Assembly (NCBI RefSeq): GCF_002105155.1
Contig: NW_019028992.1
Location: 62,001-126,000 of the forward strand
Source: Lobosporangium transversale
Taxonomy: Eukaryota
Direction of reading: 5' to 3'
DNA: 64,000 nucleotides
This document shows, in pieces, positions 10,096 to 23,812 of the stretch; the first letter of the stretch is position 1, and each line of letters starts with the position of its first letter. A program made the position numbers and the translations under genes. Under the pieces are notes generated by a model. The model was given only the letters and a program-made list of their open reading frames with translations. It did no database searches and was not told the origin of the DNA.

Positions 10096-13000
10096 ATGGC
10101 CTTTGACGATATTCAAGGTAGTCTATCCAGGCACAATGAGCCCTTAGAAATATGCTTTTTTTTTAGACTTATGTATATGTGTTTAATAATATTCTTTTTA
10201 AAAAACAAAAAAAGGGTATCAGCAAGGCACTTTTGAGCAGCCAACGGACGGATTTTCGTCTTTACGAACGTTGAGCAACAGTGATTTTGACTTAGAGAGC
10301 CTATTCCCAGGTGTGTTGTATGATGACGCTCCCTGCCTTTTGGTTAGGCATATCTCCAGCCCTAATTCGGTATATGATGATAACTTTTCTTTTAAACCTA
10401 CGTTGACACGCTCTGTCCTGCTCATTAGGCCTGGGTATGACTCTAGATCCCTTAAGTGAGGGCTCTGACCAGTTTATAGCCAAAGTTATCCTCGAAAATG
10501 ATGGAAAAGCCATACAACCGCCTCCATCAGTCAAAAATCCATTATCATCCTCGCACTCGACATCCCAGGCAGAAGCAACACAAGGAGATCTGGTCGAGCA
10601 GTGGTTGAATTACTCTATAACGTTCTCAAAGTTACAGGGTATACCACCCACATTTACATGGAATGGCCGAGACTACCTTGCCTGTATTATCTCTCCAACA
10701 GTGATCCCTTTGATATCAACTAATGCTCTCCGCCACATTCATAAGATTTGTGGCGAACTCCCAATCCAACTCCTTCCAAATGAGCATGCTGTGGCGCTAC
10801 CGTCATATGTTGCCATGTTTCCTGTTAATTGCCGGTACTCAGTTGTCCTTGTCATGGTCTCTGGGCCGATGAGACTGGTTTCTTCTAAAGCATATAGTGG
10901 TGATAGGGAGCCTCATTTTAGAAGTTCGACTGTCTACTGCAGCAATGACGCATTATTATACGACCCAAAGTTATTTGCCGAATATACTAGATCAGCTACA
11001 TCGACCCCCAGTAGTGTCATATTACACGTCAAAAACACACAGCAGCTTATTCAGATGGGATTGACAGCCGACAAGACATCACATGGGTATCAACAAAGTC
11101 AGATGAGATGTATGAAAAAACGGCTCATGGATACAAATCGGGATATCCAGGAGCTCTCATTTAATATCGAGCTGCTCCAAGAACGCGAACGCATTTTGCA
11201 AATGCTAAATCGAGAGCAAGCTTCGTATAGAATGCTTTATCGTTGCATAAGCAAAAAGACTGTTGCAGATTTTGAAAACACGAGCCCAACGTGCGATGGT
11301 ATCGAACTCTCGATAAAGAAGCACAGATTACTAATGGCTAAAAAAGAGGCACTTGAGCTCCATCAGTCTTTGGAGAGCATGAAAGAACGTTGTAACTCAT
11401 GGCTATATTCAACTATGTCAGCTCCTGGGCTCGAACAGGGCGGACGAGGGGCTACTGCAACGGATATGGCAATTTCTCCAGCCAGTCAACCAGCTCCACC
11501 ACCTGGTGTGCGTCCTTTCAGCTTTCAAGCCCTTTGCGACGTTCGGTCATATATTCGATGCATCGGGACATCGCATAGTGAGCCCAGTTCAAGCCCAACA
11601 GACCTATATAATGGTGATGCTTCAGACAACGTCCCACTACTTCTAGACTATAAATGTAGTCAAACAAGCACGCTTTTAGAACAGTTTAAGCCTATAATCC
11701 TTTTAAAGCGCTACAAGTGCTGGGTCCAGAGGCAAGAGGAGCAAAAACTACATCGTCTATATGATTCCTCTCGAATGGATCTTGAAGATTTGCTGCTCCT
11801 TGAAGCCGAAAGTGATTTTGTATGTACGCGTCAACTGGATATGGATACATCCTCGTATCTGTGTTCCAAACATGGGCTATCACAACTGAGGGTAACAGAT
11901 AGGGAAACTACGCCTCTAAACCAAGGTAGGGCACGTCCAAGCCATAGTGATCTCGTTTATCTCTCTTCCTACTCTTTTTAGAGCAGAACCTAGTAGAATA
12001 GTCAAAATCAGTAACCTTTTACTACTTGCTCCGTATCCTAAAAGCTCACGGCAGTGCAGAATCAAGCAGTAACACGTGCATGGCTAATCCTGTTGAATAC
12101 TCTTTTAAAGATAAAAACCAGCAAGAATTTACATTGCCAGACCCAATCACCGATCCGGAGGCTTTTAGGCAAGTAGAAGAACCTGCTATGCACTTACCGA
12201 ACATTTTGGCCTGGGCTACGTCTAATGCAGGTGCGTTCTTTCTCCAAGATAACAACCCAATTCCATTTGACTTGCAACAAATTGATCTTGATTTTGTCAT
12301 CGAGGAAAGCTTATCAGTTGAGAAGGATCCTGCGGAAACCGCTTTGCGATGCGGCCTTCTGAGGGATGTCTGGTCACAACTCGACAGGTCTCAACAAAAA
12401 TCGTTAATGCTACGCCTCGTCAGGATATTAAGTACTATTTGGGATAATTTTGAGTGCCTTGGAGAAGGACAAGGAAGAAGCAGAGTCAGTAACTATGTCT
12501 ACGATACTCTCTGTCCAGTAACATCCAGTTCTTTGACCCAGCTGACGCACATTCCTGAACGGGCTTCGACAGATACACCATTAAAGAAGTCAGTTACCAT
12601 CGATATGGAGGATGAGGAAGAGCAAAGCCGACGAAATACTCCGATCCCTGCTTACCCATTCACTCAGATGACGGCAGAGAGACGTCTTTGTAAAATGGAA
12701 AAAGCCTTTTCTAATCGACTGTTTATAGATGCATTCAAAGAGGCAACACAAAAAAATGTCCATTCGGCTCTTCTTCCGGGGAACATTCGCTCTGCTATGC
12801 AGGATTCGGGACTGACCTATGATCAGGGTAGTTGTAGTTCGGGGATCCAGACTTCCATCATCTGTCAAAAAGATCAAGGCGAGCATGAGGGCTTATCACA
12901 ATCACAATTCCTCCATCTGGATAACCAAATCTCACCACAGTATATGACAACCACACGTGCGCAGGTCCAGGAAAGTGTTAAAGTACAAAGAGGCGCGTCG

Positions 13001-14146
13001 TCCCGTTCTTTGAAGCCATTGCCAGACGTGGAGACCTTATACCGTGACGCCCGAGAACATTCCTGGATCCGTCGCTTTGATTTTTCACTGGATGATCTTA
13101 TTATTCAATTCGAAATGCCATCTCTAGGAGACGAATGTGGAGAGCCTTCACAGCGAAACTATACAGCACCCAAAGTTATAGGTGTGTCGCGATGGAAAAC
13201 ATTCTGTCCCATTCCAGTCAGATCTGCGCCTAGCTTCGGCGGCAATACCACTGATAGTGGGTTCGCTACTTCAGTAGAAGCAGGAGTGGAGTCTGTCCCG
13301 CGGAGCTCTAATGTATACCAGGTTATGGCGCGATCCTCAAATTATCCACTGATGCACCTACTGAGTCTACCGGATACCTTTTGCCCAGAGAAATTTGGGG
13401 GTCGAGATAAAAGGCATGGAGAAGCGGATTCTAGTGAAGGAAGCAACGATCACAACTATAGCCTGGCATACGCCTTTACGCGTCTCTTAGCTCATAGCAA
13501 TCCTCAGGCGAGCGAATTTCTGACACTACCACTGCACGACAAAGAATTGGTGATGTATCATCGCTGGATGGCGGCATGGCATGAGCACTCTGCTCAAATA
13601 CTATCAAAAGCTATTCGAACTCGGTTTGAAGCGATGAGGGCTCTAAAAAAATTTAAAGCACAAAGTGCTGGGGCTTTTGCAATCGACCATGAATTCGGTT
13701 GGAGGTTTCGTCCAAGTCAACTTCGAAGCGGTGGGTTGATGGATGTACAAAGTTGCCCAAAGTGCCAGGATGAAATACAAGAACGTGAGATGGCTTTGGA
13801 AGATCAGGAATGGTTTGAAGAAACAGTCCACTTTATGGAAATGGTATCCGAAGCACAAGAGGGTGAAAAGAATGACAGATGCAAAGGCTGTGCACTTACA
13901 GATAATGACAATGAGTTCACTACGCCACTTGGGCTGAACCAACAGGAAATTCATTTGATACATTTGCTGCATAAACAAGCAGATGATAAACTTGTGAGCT
14001 GCCGTTTATCCTCCAGAGGAGGGAACATGGAACGCTGCAAAATCCATAGCGAAGTGCAGTCTTTCGTGTTGTCAGAGGAAGAACGGGCACTGGTGCGGAA
14101 GGAACTTTTTGAAAAGCCGGTCAAGTTGGCCACAGCCACACAGTGA
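10096..14146 (+). CDS. Large hypothetical protein with a C-terminal degenerate APH/choline-kinase-like domain (ORFs 10437-11981 and 12026-14146 probably spliced together)
   Basis: GCCACCATGG start at 10096. Phase-compatible introns at ~10118-10214, 10311-10479 and ~11892/11926 to ~12001/12011. The motif PNILAW...NNPI...DFVIEE...GLLRDVWSQLD...QKSLMLRLVRIL resembles fungal APH-like kinases. Confidence 0.65.
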
Positions 14147-14356
14147 ATATTACATAATTTCATAGGAACAAAATAAATGATATCGGGACATTGTAAAAAT
14201 GCGTGAAAGAAACTCGCGCTACATTTTCCATCATTTATTTTATTTTCTTTTTCATATTCATTACTATTCTTTCATCCAAAAAAAAAAAAAAAAAAAAAAA
14301 AAGAATAATAATAATAATAATACCAACAATAATAAACACACATTCATTTATGCAGA

Positions 14357-17300
14357 ATGCTGTCTTCAACACATCAACCACAGCCAGGCATGTCTGACCA
14401 AGGGGAAATAACCGCAACGATGCGCATCACTATTTTCAAGGCGGAGAATCTGCCTCCCAAAGACCTTGTATGATTTAAGGACTATATCGACTATCTCTGG
14501 TTGTCCAACTTTAGTCGTTATTTATTCTTCAAACCACATTCATTCATTCTTTATTCTTTTTTTTTTGTTATCTATATTTAATTCATCTTATCTGCAACAT
14601 GTGTTAACTTATAAAACATAGAATGGTTTATCTGACCCATATGTGAAGGTTTCGATTGGCGGACACACTTATACAACGAATGTCGTCAAGAAGAACTTGA
14701 ATCCAATTTGGAATGTATCATACGATTTTGACCTTGAGTCCCAGTCCGTACCTAACCATATCACTCTGATGTTCTGGGATAAGGATCGGATTGGCAAGGA
14801 CGACTTTATGGGCATTGTTAATATCCCTTTCGATAAGTCGTCGATCTGGAGTGACGGTGTCCCCAAACACTATGATGATCCCGAAAATACAGTAAGTTTC
14901 TCTTGAATTTATTCACTCTGTCATCTAGGGAAACTAAGGCCCAGTGAATGACATTGAAACAAAGGCTTTGCTCTGTGTGATCCTGTTATTGAGTCTTATA
15001 TGGCAAGTAGCTAAAGCAGTAACAACGACAACGGCAAAGGCGACAACGGAGAGTGGAAGCAGGAGTAGGTTCATTAATGGTGGCAGAGCTATATAAAAAA
15101 AATTATAAAAAAAAAAAAAAAAAAAAAAGTCGTCATTATTATATCGAGCTTGGGTTTCGTCCCATGTCATTTATCAGAGAACTCGCCACTTACTGAAATG
15201 TATTTGTTCGAAAGCTAAAATAACACCTTTTTTTGCAATGATATGCGTCATATAAATTAGCCCAAATGGTTCCCGCTCGGTTCTCTTCCAGGAAAGTCGT
15301 CCAAAGTTAGTGGAGAAGGTTTGTGTGAATGAATGGACATCTCGCTTGCAGGTTTATTCCAGTTTATGTACGGGGGGATTAATCATTTCCTTTTTTTTAC
15401 GCGATAGTGCAAGTTCAATTCGGATTCATTGACTCAGTACTCGCTCCTTCTAATGAATACTCGCGCGAACGCTGCTCAGAAGTTTGGAGAATTTTGTCAG
15501 AAAGCCGTAACATCCTGGGTCTTGGTCAACGAACAATTCGTAGCCCCACGGATAACACGGTCATATCCATGGCCGATATCCCTATGGCTGGCCCCGAAGT
15601 AGATCCCTCTCTTGGCCATAGCGACTCTAATCCAGAATCTAGTTCATCTCCCGCAGGGCCCCCAACCAACAGCTTGAACGGTATTGTCTTCTTAGAAGTT
15701 GTCTCGGCAGCAAATCTGCCGAAATTACACAACATGACCAGGACGGGCTTCGATATGGATCCTTTTGTTGTTATCTCATTTGGAAAATATATTTTCCGGA
15801 CACGAGTTATTCGTCACAACCTCAATCCTGTCTGGAAGGCTAAACTCATGTTCAGAGTCCATCATGGAGAGGAAATGTTCCAGATCAAGTGCTCCATTCA
15901 TGACTGGGATAAGCTCAGTGGCAACGACCACGTAGGCTCCGCGTTGCTAAATGTTAAGGACCTTATTCAGGCTGCGAATACCAGCGACGACATCCATGGC
16001 CATGTTAACGGTGAGTCTGCTTCGGATGGCACAAACGAACCCACAGATCCTGATATGAAGGATTTTGTTCTCAAAATTGATCTCTACAGTGGTCTTAAGG
16101 TCACATCAGAGGATCCTCAGCTTCGAATTCGCGCCAAGTTTGTGCCTTACATAACGCTACGGAGAAGATTCTGGTATAGTCTTGTCAAGTCCTATAATAC
16201 TAATAATCAGAGTGGGCTATACAATAAAGTCTTGATTCAGACAATGCTTGAGGGCCTTGGATCAACATTGTCAAGCAAGACTATTGATGGATTCTTTGCA
16301 CCGTTCAAAAAGGATCCCGAGGGCCCTGGTCTTACTTTCGATGAGCTCTTTGAGCGGCTGGAGGCACAAGTCCGTGTAGATGATGGAGTGCCGAAAGAGG
16401 TTGCCGAAACAGTTACAAAGAAGTTGTTCAATTTCTCACGATTCCCAAAGCCATCGAAAGGCAGTGACAAAAATACTCAAGAAGGAGAAAAGGAGGAAGA
16501 TGCTGAGCTTTATGTGCACCTTACACGCAATCAGCCACCAAGCGGATCAAATCCTGAGGCTCTGGACATTGAGGAGCCCACGGAGGAGGATTTTGAACCT
16601 CAGACGTCAGAAGAAGAATATTTGGTCAGGATATCCACTTGTCCGATCTGTCATGATTCGAGCCTGTGCCACAAAACGGAGACAGATGTTATTACACATA
16701 TTGCTGTCTGCTCTGGTAACGATGGCTTCAACCTGGATAAGCTCATTCTTGGGAATTTTGTTACAGAGGCGAATGCACAACGCAAGTGGATTACCAAGGT
16801 AGTCAAGAGTTTGGGATATGGCCGCTATGGCTCTAACAAGGTACGAGGCTATTTTCATCAATTCACTCCAATTTCTACACTGCTCTTTTCGCCTTTAATA
16901 ATAATAAAAAATAAAAATAAAAAAAAACTTTTGTTTCTATTCGTTATTGACGGTTTGGCGATTTATTATTAAATTTCTTTTTCATTAGAGCAATGCCAAT
17001 ATTATTGTTCAGGATCGAGCTACGGGAATGATGCTCGAGGAAAAGATGCCGACGTTTGTCCGTTTGGGTATCCGTTTGCTATACAAGAGTCCAGCTAATA
17101 AAATCCATGTCAATAAGATTTTGGCCGACATGTCAAGGAGGCAGGGCCTTAAATTCGATGATCCTCGATCCAAGCGCGATATTGAACCATTCATTCGTTT
17201 CCACAATCTTGAAGTGCACATGAAAGAAGTTTTAGAGCCTATTGAGAACTTTAGGAACTTTAATGAGTTCTTTTATCGCAAACTTAAATCTGATGCTCGC

Positions 17301-17603
17301 GCATTGAGCTTCCCTGGTGACGAACGAGTGGCCGTCAGCGTAGCAGACTGCCGTATGACCTGTTTTCAGACCATCTCAGATGCGACTCGTTTCTGGATCA
17401 AAGGCAGGGAGTTCACTATCAAAAAGATGCTCGGCGATGAGGAGCTTGCCAAGAAGTTTGATGGCGGCAGCCTTGCCATTTTCCGCTTGGCGCCACAGGA
17501 CTACCACAGGTATAAAAAAAGAAGGGGTTGCATAATTTTTTTAAAATGATCTTTTCTTCTGCAGAGGCATTAACATTTAGTTCTTGGTTGTGCCATTAAC
17601 ACT

Positions 17604-17644
<41 letters not shown>

Positions 17645-18037
17645 TACCATATCCCTGTTAAGGGAATTCTCTCGGAGCCCAAGGAGATCGCAGGCACGTA
17701 TTATACTGTGAATCCGATGGCAATCCGCAGCCAACTAGATGTCTATGGTGAGAACAGACGTGTGATATCGACATTAGAGTCCAAAGAATTTGGCACGGTA
17801 GCCTATGTGGCCATTGGTGCCATGATGGTTGGATCAATTGTATTGACAACGCGAGGAGGACAAGCGGTTGAACGCATGGATGAACATGGATACTTTGCTT
17901 TTGGTGGGTCTACTATTGTAGTGTTGTTTGAACCAAACAGTATCCAATTTGATGAGGATTTGCTTCAATCATCAAAGAACCAGATCGAGATGCTAGTGAG
18001 GGTGGGAATGCGCATTGGTATTTCCAACAAGAACTGA
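14357..18037 (+). CDS. PSD2: Phosphatidylserine decarboxylase type 2 with C2 domains, multi-exon
   Basis: Two C2 domains (DPYVKV..., TGFDMDPFVVISFG), FNEFFYRKLK, FRLAPQDYHR|YHIPV, YYTVNPMAIRS and the self-cleavage motif FAFGGST. Confidence 0.95.
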
Positions 18038-18271
18038 CATTTATAACACTTTGAACAAGATAATAAATCAAACTACCTAACCTAGTATCTATTTTGTTGA
18101 TTTAATGTTTTAATGTCTTTGCAAGATGGGGGGACAAGTGAATTGTGAAGCAGGTGGAGGTACATTCAAACTATGTAAAAAAAAAAAATAATAATAATAA
18201 TGACAAAAAAAAAGAAGCTATGGACAAAGTACATGTAAAAGTAAGGCGAGATTGTGCAGTTGATTGTCTGC

Positions 18272-20047
18272 TTATTCAAGCTTTTTGTCAGACTTCTTCA
18301 CAAGACCCTTCTCTTTGGCAAACTGTTCAGCCTTGGAGTAAACGCTGTTGAATTGCTCTTGTGCAACCTGACGACCCTTGCCAACATGAGCCTGGACGAG
18401 ATTGCTAGTCTTGGCAACCTGAGTGTCGATCAAGGTCTGATTATCGAGATAGATGCGTGGTGCGGCAAAGAGTGAGACCAAAATCAAGGAAAGAAGGGTG
18501 GTGGTCGAGAACCAGGTGCGAAGTGTCCAGATAGCGTAGAAGATACCGATAAACTATATAGTAATAAACATTTAAAATTTTATTTTGAGTCAGTCGTCCG
18601 GACATTTAACATCTTGGGTACAATTGCTTCAATGATTGCTTTACCTTGAGACTGCGCTTATTGTCCTCAACCAAGACGACCTTGGCAAGCTCAGTGAAGA
18701 TGACATTAAGACCGTCTGTCACATAGTCGACTCGACGATGCAAACGATCGGCATCCACGTGCAAATACTCTGTTGAACGAGAGTAGTACTTCCTGTAATA
18801 AAGTAATTATTAAAGTAAGAACTATGTCAGATGTCCATTGCCTTTGTTTTTGCGTTCTCTTTTGACATATAGCTCCCTCAAGAGATATGCTTTGTGATTT
18901 TTCGTTAATAACTTACTCTAATGGACGAGGAACGTTGGGTTTGTTGGTGAGGCGGTTGAAAACGAGCAAACCATTGACATAGATGAACGAGCCAGCAATG
19001 CCAAAGACAAAGAGCGCACAAGCAAGGTTCAATAGTGAGATCCAGCGGCAAGAGAGGACGAGAGCAAGAGATGAAGCAAGAGCACCGCCTGAGACTGTAG
19101 GATTCTCCCAGAGGACAAGGCTCTTGAGACGAGGTGTCATGTATGCATAAGGGTCTGAAACGTATGAATAGCAAGTGAGGAGGGAGAAAAAAAAAAAAAA
19201 AAAAAAAAAAAAGATTAGTTTTGACACGCGATATTGAGCAAAGTGCCTGCATATACAGCACAGCGATGTAACTGTCAACGAACAGTTGAATTGGGGGTAC
19301 AGGGATCACTGTGGACTGGGTCCTACAAGGGAAAAAGTTTGGTTTGTTTGTCCCCCCACGCCCAGTTATCAAACCATAAACCATTTCCTTTTCAATTGGA
19401 TTTTTTGTATGTGTATTATTTGTTCCGTTTTGCTTATTGCCCACGATTAGACATGTGCGCCTCCTATTTTTTGTGTTGGTCGGAGCGTACAACTGATAAG
19501 CACAATTGCATGTGGTATTTTTTTTATTGTTTGGTAATCAAACCTCTTATTGACAAAAATGATGGGCCCTGCTATTTTGCTTTAATGGTTTCCCGTTCAA
19601 CGAAAAAAAGTATAAAATGGAGAATCAGGTCTTGAACCAACAAGAACAAAGACCAAAGACTCAAGAGGTTACCCAGTCTAATTTTCCTTTCCAAACAGTA
19701 AACGTATTTTTTCTATTCAAGAGTCACACGGCAGTGCAATTATTTTTATTTTTTTTTTTGATACAACTTCTTTTTCCTGTTTTTGTCCTTGTTATCCTCT
19801 GGAAAAAGAAAGAAAGAAATACAGACTTCATTGAAATGAACAATATTGCATTTCACATACCAGAAAGCAGAGCCTTCTCTGCAGAATCGGAAGAGCTGCG
19901 CTCACGGCGAGCCAAAGTAGCTTCTGCGGACGCGAGAGGCACAGCAGAAGCATTCTCAGTGACGATACTTTGGGTAGTTTGGGTAGTATCGGGATGAGAG
20001 TGGTCTACTGGAAGGTAATTGAGACCAGAGTCATGTGGTTGTGCCAT
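18272..20047 (-). CDS. RTN1: Reticulon-like ER-shaping protein
   Basis: Reticulon homology domain KSLVLWENPTVSG...; C-terminal FAAPRIYLDNQTLID. Probable first exon at 19861-20047 splices in phase (LLS G|AC PYAYM) to the exon at ~19155. Confidence 0.8.
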
Positions 20048-21559
20048 GGTGAAATAAAAAGAGCTGAGATGGATAAAATAAAAAGAGTTGAGATGCTATT
20101 GATGGAGTTGTTTGTTAGTGCTGCTTTTTCTAAAGGTGTAATTGAAGAAAAGAGAAGAGAAAAGGGAAAAAAAGAGAGAATGAAAAAGATTTATAAAAAA
20201 AAAGCGGAATATTTTTTATCTGTCGTGTGTGCATCATCTTTTCACAAACGTTACTACCAAACAATGTTACATCTTATGCATAAAATTATTGTGGTTTGTT
20301 TTTCCAACCATCATTCTTCATAATTACTTCCGTCACTACTTACTTACGTCTTGCTCGCTTATTTGGTCGAATATCTTTCCTTCTAAACAATCAGAGCTTA
20401 TCTGTTGTCTTTCAATATGAACAAATTTAATAACCACGTATTGCAACATCCGTCATTAATCATGATGACATGAGTGTGTGCTAAGTATATGTACAATTTT
20501 ATTTATTTCACAATGATGTTGACTGATGATTATTTAAAAATATCGGACTAACGATCATGGGAGAAAAATGATCTTGGATTAATGTCGATGTATTCAAGCT
20601 GTCATTGGTTGAAAAATAAAAATACGAATGTCTTTAGCAAACTCCAATCTCCTCACCACCGCCACCAACTCTAATAACTTGGACAAAATGGCTAGTGAAA
20701 GCAATTGACGTTTTGCTTTAGTATCGTTATCCAGCGGGCCGCATCACATTCTGGCGCGAGATCTTACATGAAAGAAATAACAAGTCTTGCTTTGATCAGT
20801 AAATGCAATCATTTTTCTCTGGGACTATCCCCTCAATCGTAAGGCTATAAAGGCCGTGGTTGACCAGTGTAAAGGTTTTAGCAGCCACAACTCCATATAC
20901 TTTTTGAATAGCTCTGAATGTATTACAGCCAATTAGATGATTAGATGCTGCTCAAGCCATAAGCCACAGAATCAATTCAATCATTGTTTTAAGAATACAA
21001 ATATATTGGGATAGTGGGTCCTTGATTTTGTGAGGATGGCTATCCAATGTAGTATTCTGTGCTCTTTCGATCCGGCATAATATTTTTTTTTTTTGAAAAA
21101 AAGAGAATATATTGACATGAAATATGGTTTAAGGCAATCTTTGCCCTTATTACGGTCGAAGGGATAACAACCAGGGCTTGGCCTCACAGTAAGAAAAGAT
21201 CATGTCTTAGTTTAAACAGCACCCGCCTCTGAAGCTATGGAATCATACCCAATATGTCGCCTTGGTAAACTAATATTAAGGTAACACAACGATGAAAACA
21301 AGTTTTATTCTAATGATCTTCAGTTCAGGGTTCATGTAGCCAACCTTTGATTTTGGAAGGAAGCAAAAATCTACGCTATGGAATCTATCCGTCCATAAGT
21401 GCTCCTTTACGAATGTATTGTCAAGATGAAAATGATTCCAAATTCCTTGTGCTCCCTTGAGACCGCATAGTCTTCTACGATGTGATGTTTGTTCAGCTGT
21501 GGTCATGTAAAATTAAGTGAAGTCAAAAACCATTCTATTCAACATGCTACGTCATGGTA

Positions 21560-22660
21560 GGTAATTATCAGTGGTATGGTCTGATTTGAAAGCACTGTCA
21601 AATGTTTGCACAACGTTCAGCGTACTACACCAACATTTCTCCTCCTAATCTTACCGAGCTTACAGATACCGGTATCCGTAATTAAGCTTCGTTGAGGGAT
21701 ATAATAGGAGCGTGAGTTGAGATGGTCAATAAGTAACTACGCTACGGACGCACCTTTCCCTAATGACTCCCAATATCTGCCTACTTCCCTATCATTAGTA
21801 GAGGCAACAGTTGGAATCTGATGGTTGGCGAAATAGTAAACATCTGCAGAGACGAGTGCGAAAGATACGCCACCCGTATGGGTTTATATATCTGTGACTG
21901 TGAAGTAAACATTCCAATGACGGCATTGATGACGAAATTGGTTCTTAAAATTCAATCGAATGAGCATGCTCATAACAAAATCGAAAGAACGACTCGTACC
22001 AGTAAATAGCCTGTTGCTACCCTCGAGCCATTACTACAATGGAGCAAATGACTTGATCCTAGTAGCACCGCATCTAGCGGAAGGGCAGCGGTGACTACCC
22101 CACTTGCACTATATAAAAAGATCGCTCGGAGACCAGGGTGGCTAAAAGACCGCATTCATTGGCTTCTTGGTATTTGCGCGTTGCTTCTGAAAGTATTGCC
22201 AGCGGCATCGGTAGACTTGAGACAAATGGGCCATTCTTACTCAAGTAACAGCCCACGAACAAAACTGCGAATGTTGTTATGACATTTTGGCGGGGGTAAA
22301 GCGTGTTTTCTTCGTACTAAAAACATTTTTCTGTAGTGGAAAATCCACTCACGTCAACAACGATGTAACTCAAAGATTAAGTCATGGAAATGAACACTTG
22401 CTTCCCCGACGAAGACTGAGTGGAATAATGGATGAAGAAAAGACAGCCCGATCCTTGATGACAATTTACCAGGACAAAAACTGATCATGGCCTTGCTTTT
22501 CCAGCACTTAATGTTTAGATGATCCTATTTTCCTTCCGAGTTACTTCTTCAAGCTTCGGCTGCTAATAATAGCTCCACGTGTTTGAAGCCCTCAAGGCAG
22601 TAATGCTTACCTGATTATCCCGAAAGGAGGGTCGCCAACAGCTCCAACATCCGGACGACT
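21560..22660 (+). pseudogene. Highly decayed hAT-like transposase relic
   Basis: Motif fragments occur in hAT order across stops and frameshifts: DGWRN (~21820), IDDEIGS (~21925), LRVASESIASGIGRLE (~22175-22220), DDPIFLPSYFF (~22520). Confidence 0.4.
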
Positions 22661-22827
22661 TTGTTTTTAATGTTACACATGGTGTTTTCTACAAATGGGT
22701 TTCGATTTTAAGCTTGGAAGAGGCTGAGCAATGGTTGGAATGCACGTGTGGGACATGGTTCGTGCAGAACATGCTTGCGATTGAGAGGTTTTTTCTCCAC
22801 ATGTGCCACATAGTCTATGTTCTTTTA

Positions 22828-22860
<33 letters not shown>

Positions 22861-23141
22861 TCGTGTTGCTTGTCCTGTGCGTCCATCTGTCCACCTCTTG
22901 TAGTGCATGTCCTTGTCCACGTTTTTTATCCGAATTGCATTCGTCAATTACATTCAATGACATACATGAATATTTGAATAGTGTTACTTGGTTTTAAACT
23001 ATGAGTAGATCATGAGTATCTCAAATAAAACTTTACTCTCTCTCGTTTTTCTTTCTTTCTTTCCTTCACTTTCACACTACCCTGATAATCTATTCTCTTA
23101 GGAAAAAAAAAAAAAAAAAAAAACTGATTCGATTCCTCACC

Positions 23142-23779
23142 ATGGAAGCTGAATCCCAAGAAACATCTTTCTCTACTTCTTTCTCTACCCCTGTCACAGC
23201 CACATTTTACAATTCCTCTTCTTCAAAACGCCTCTATCATTCAAGATCTTCTACCTTTTACCGTTCCGCAAGGCTCCTGGTGATATGCTGTATAATCACC
23301 TCATTGTGGCATCAGCAGTGGTCTTTAAAAACATTCGTCCTTGGCCGTCCTACTTCTCGCAACTCCCCTCCATTTTCTTCTCGTTATGATCCGGATCAAT
23401 CACATCTCAAAGGTCAATTTCTCCATATCACCGATATTCATCCAGATGAGTTTTACATCAATGGGGGAACCATTGCATCCTCTTGCCATAGGAATGCAAC
23501 GGATGATGAGAACAACGATGGTTCACATATTTTTCGTCCCGGTCGTACGGAAGGTGGTGTCGGTGGTCTCTTTGGTTCTCCTTACTCGATCTGCGACAGT
23601 CCTTTTTCCTTGACCAATGCTACATTTGAATGGATTGACAAAAACCTGCTTGATGAGATTGATTTTGTAGTCTGGACCGGTGACAATGCACGGTAAGTTA
23701 TTTTTGACTTGTCTTAGGAACACAGTGCCAAGTTTCTATTTACCACTGCAGATACCAGACTTCAGTAGACAATAGAAAT

Positions 23780-23812
<33 letters not shown>

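Noticed and set aside
20600..21510. Coding-like fragments on the minus strand
   Set aside because: Multiple stops and no family recognised. May be a decayed gene, but not supportable.
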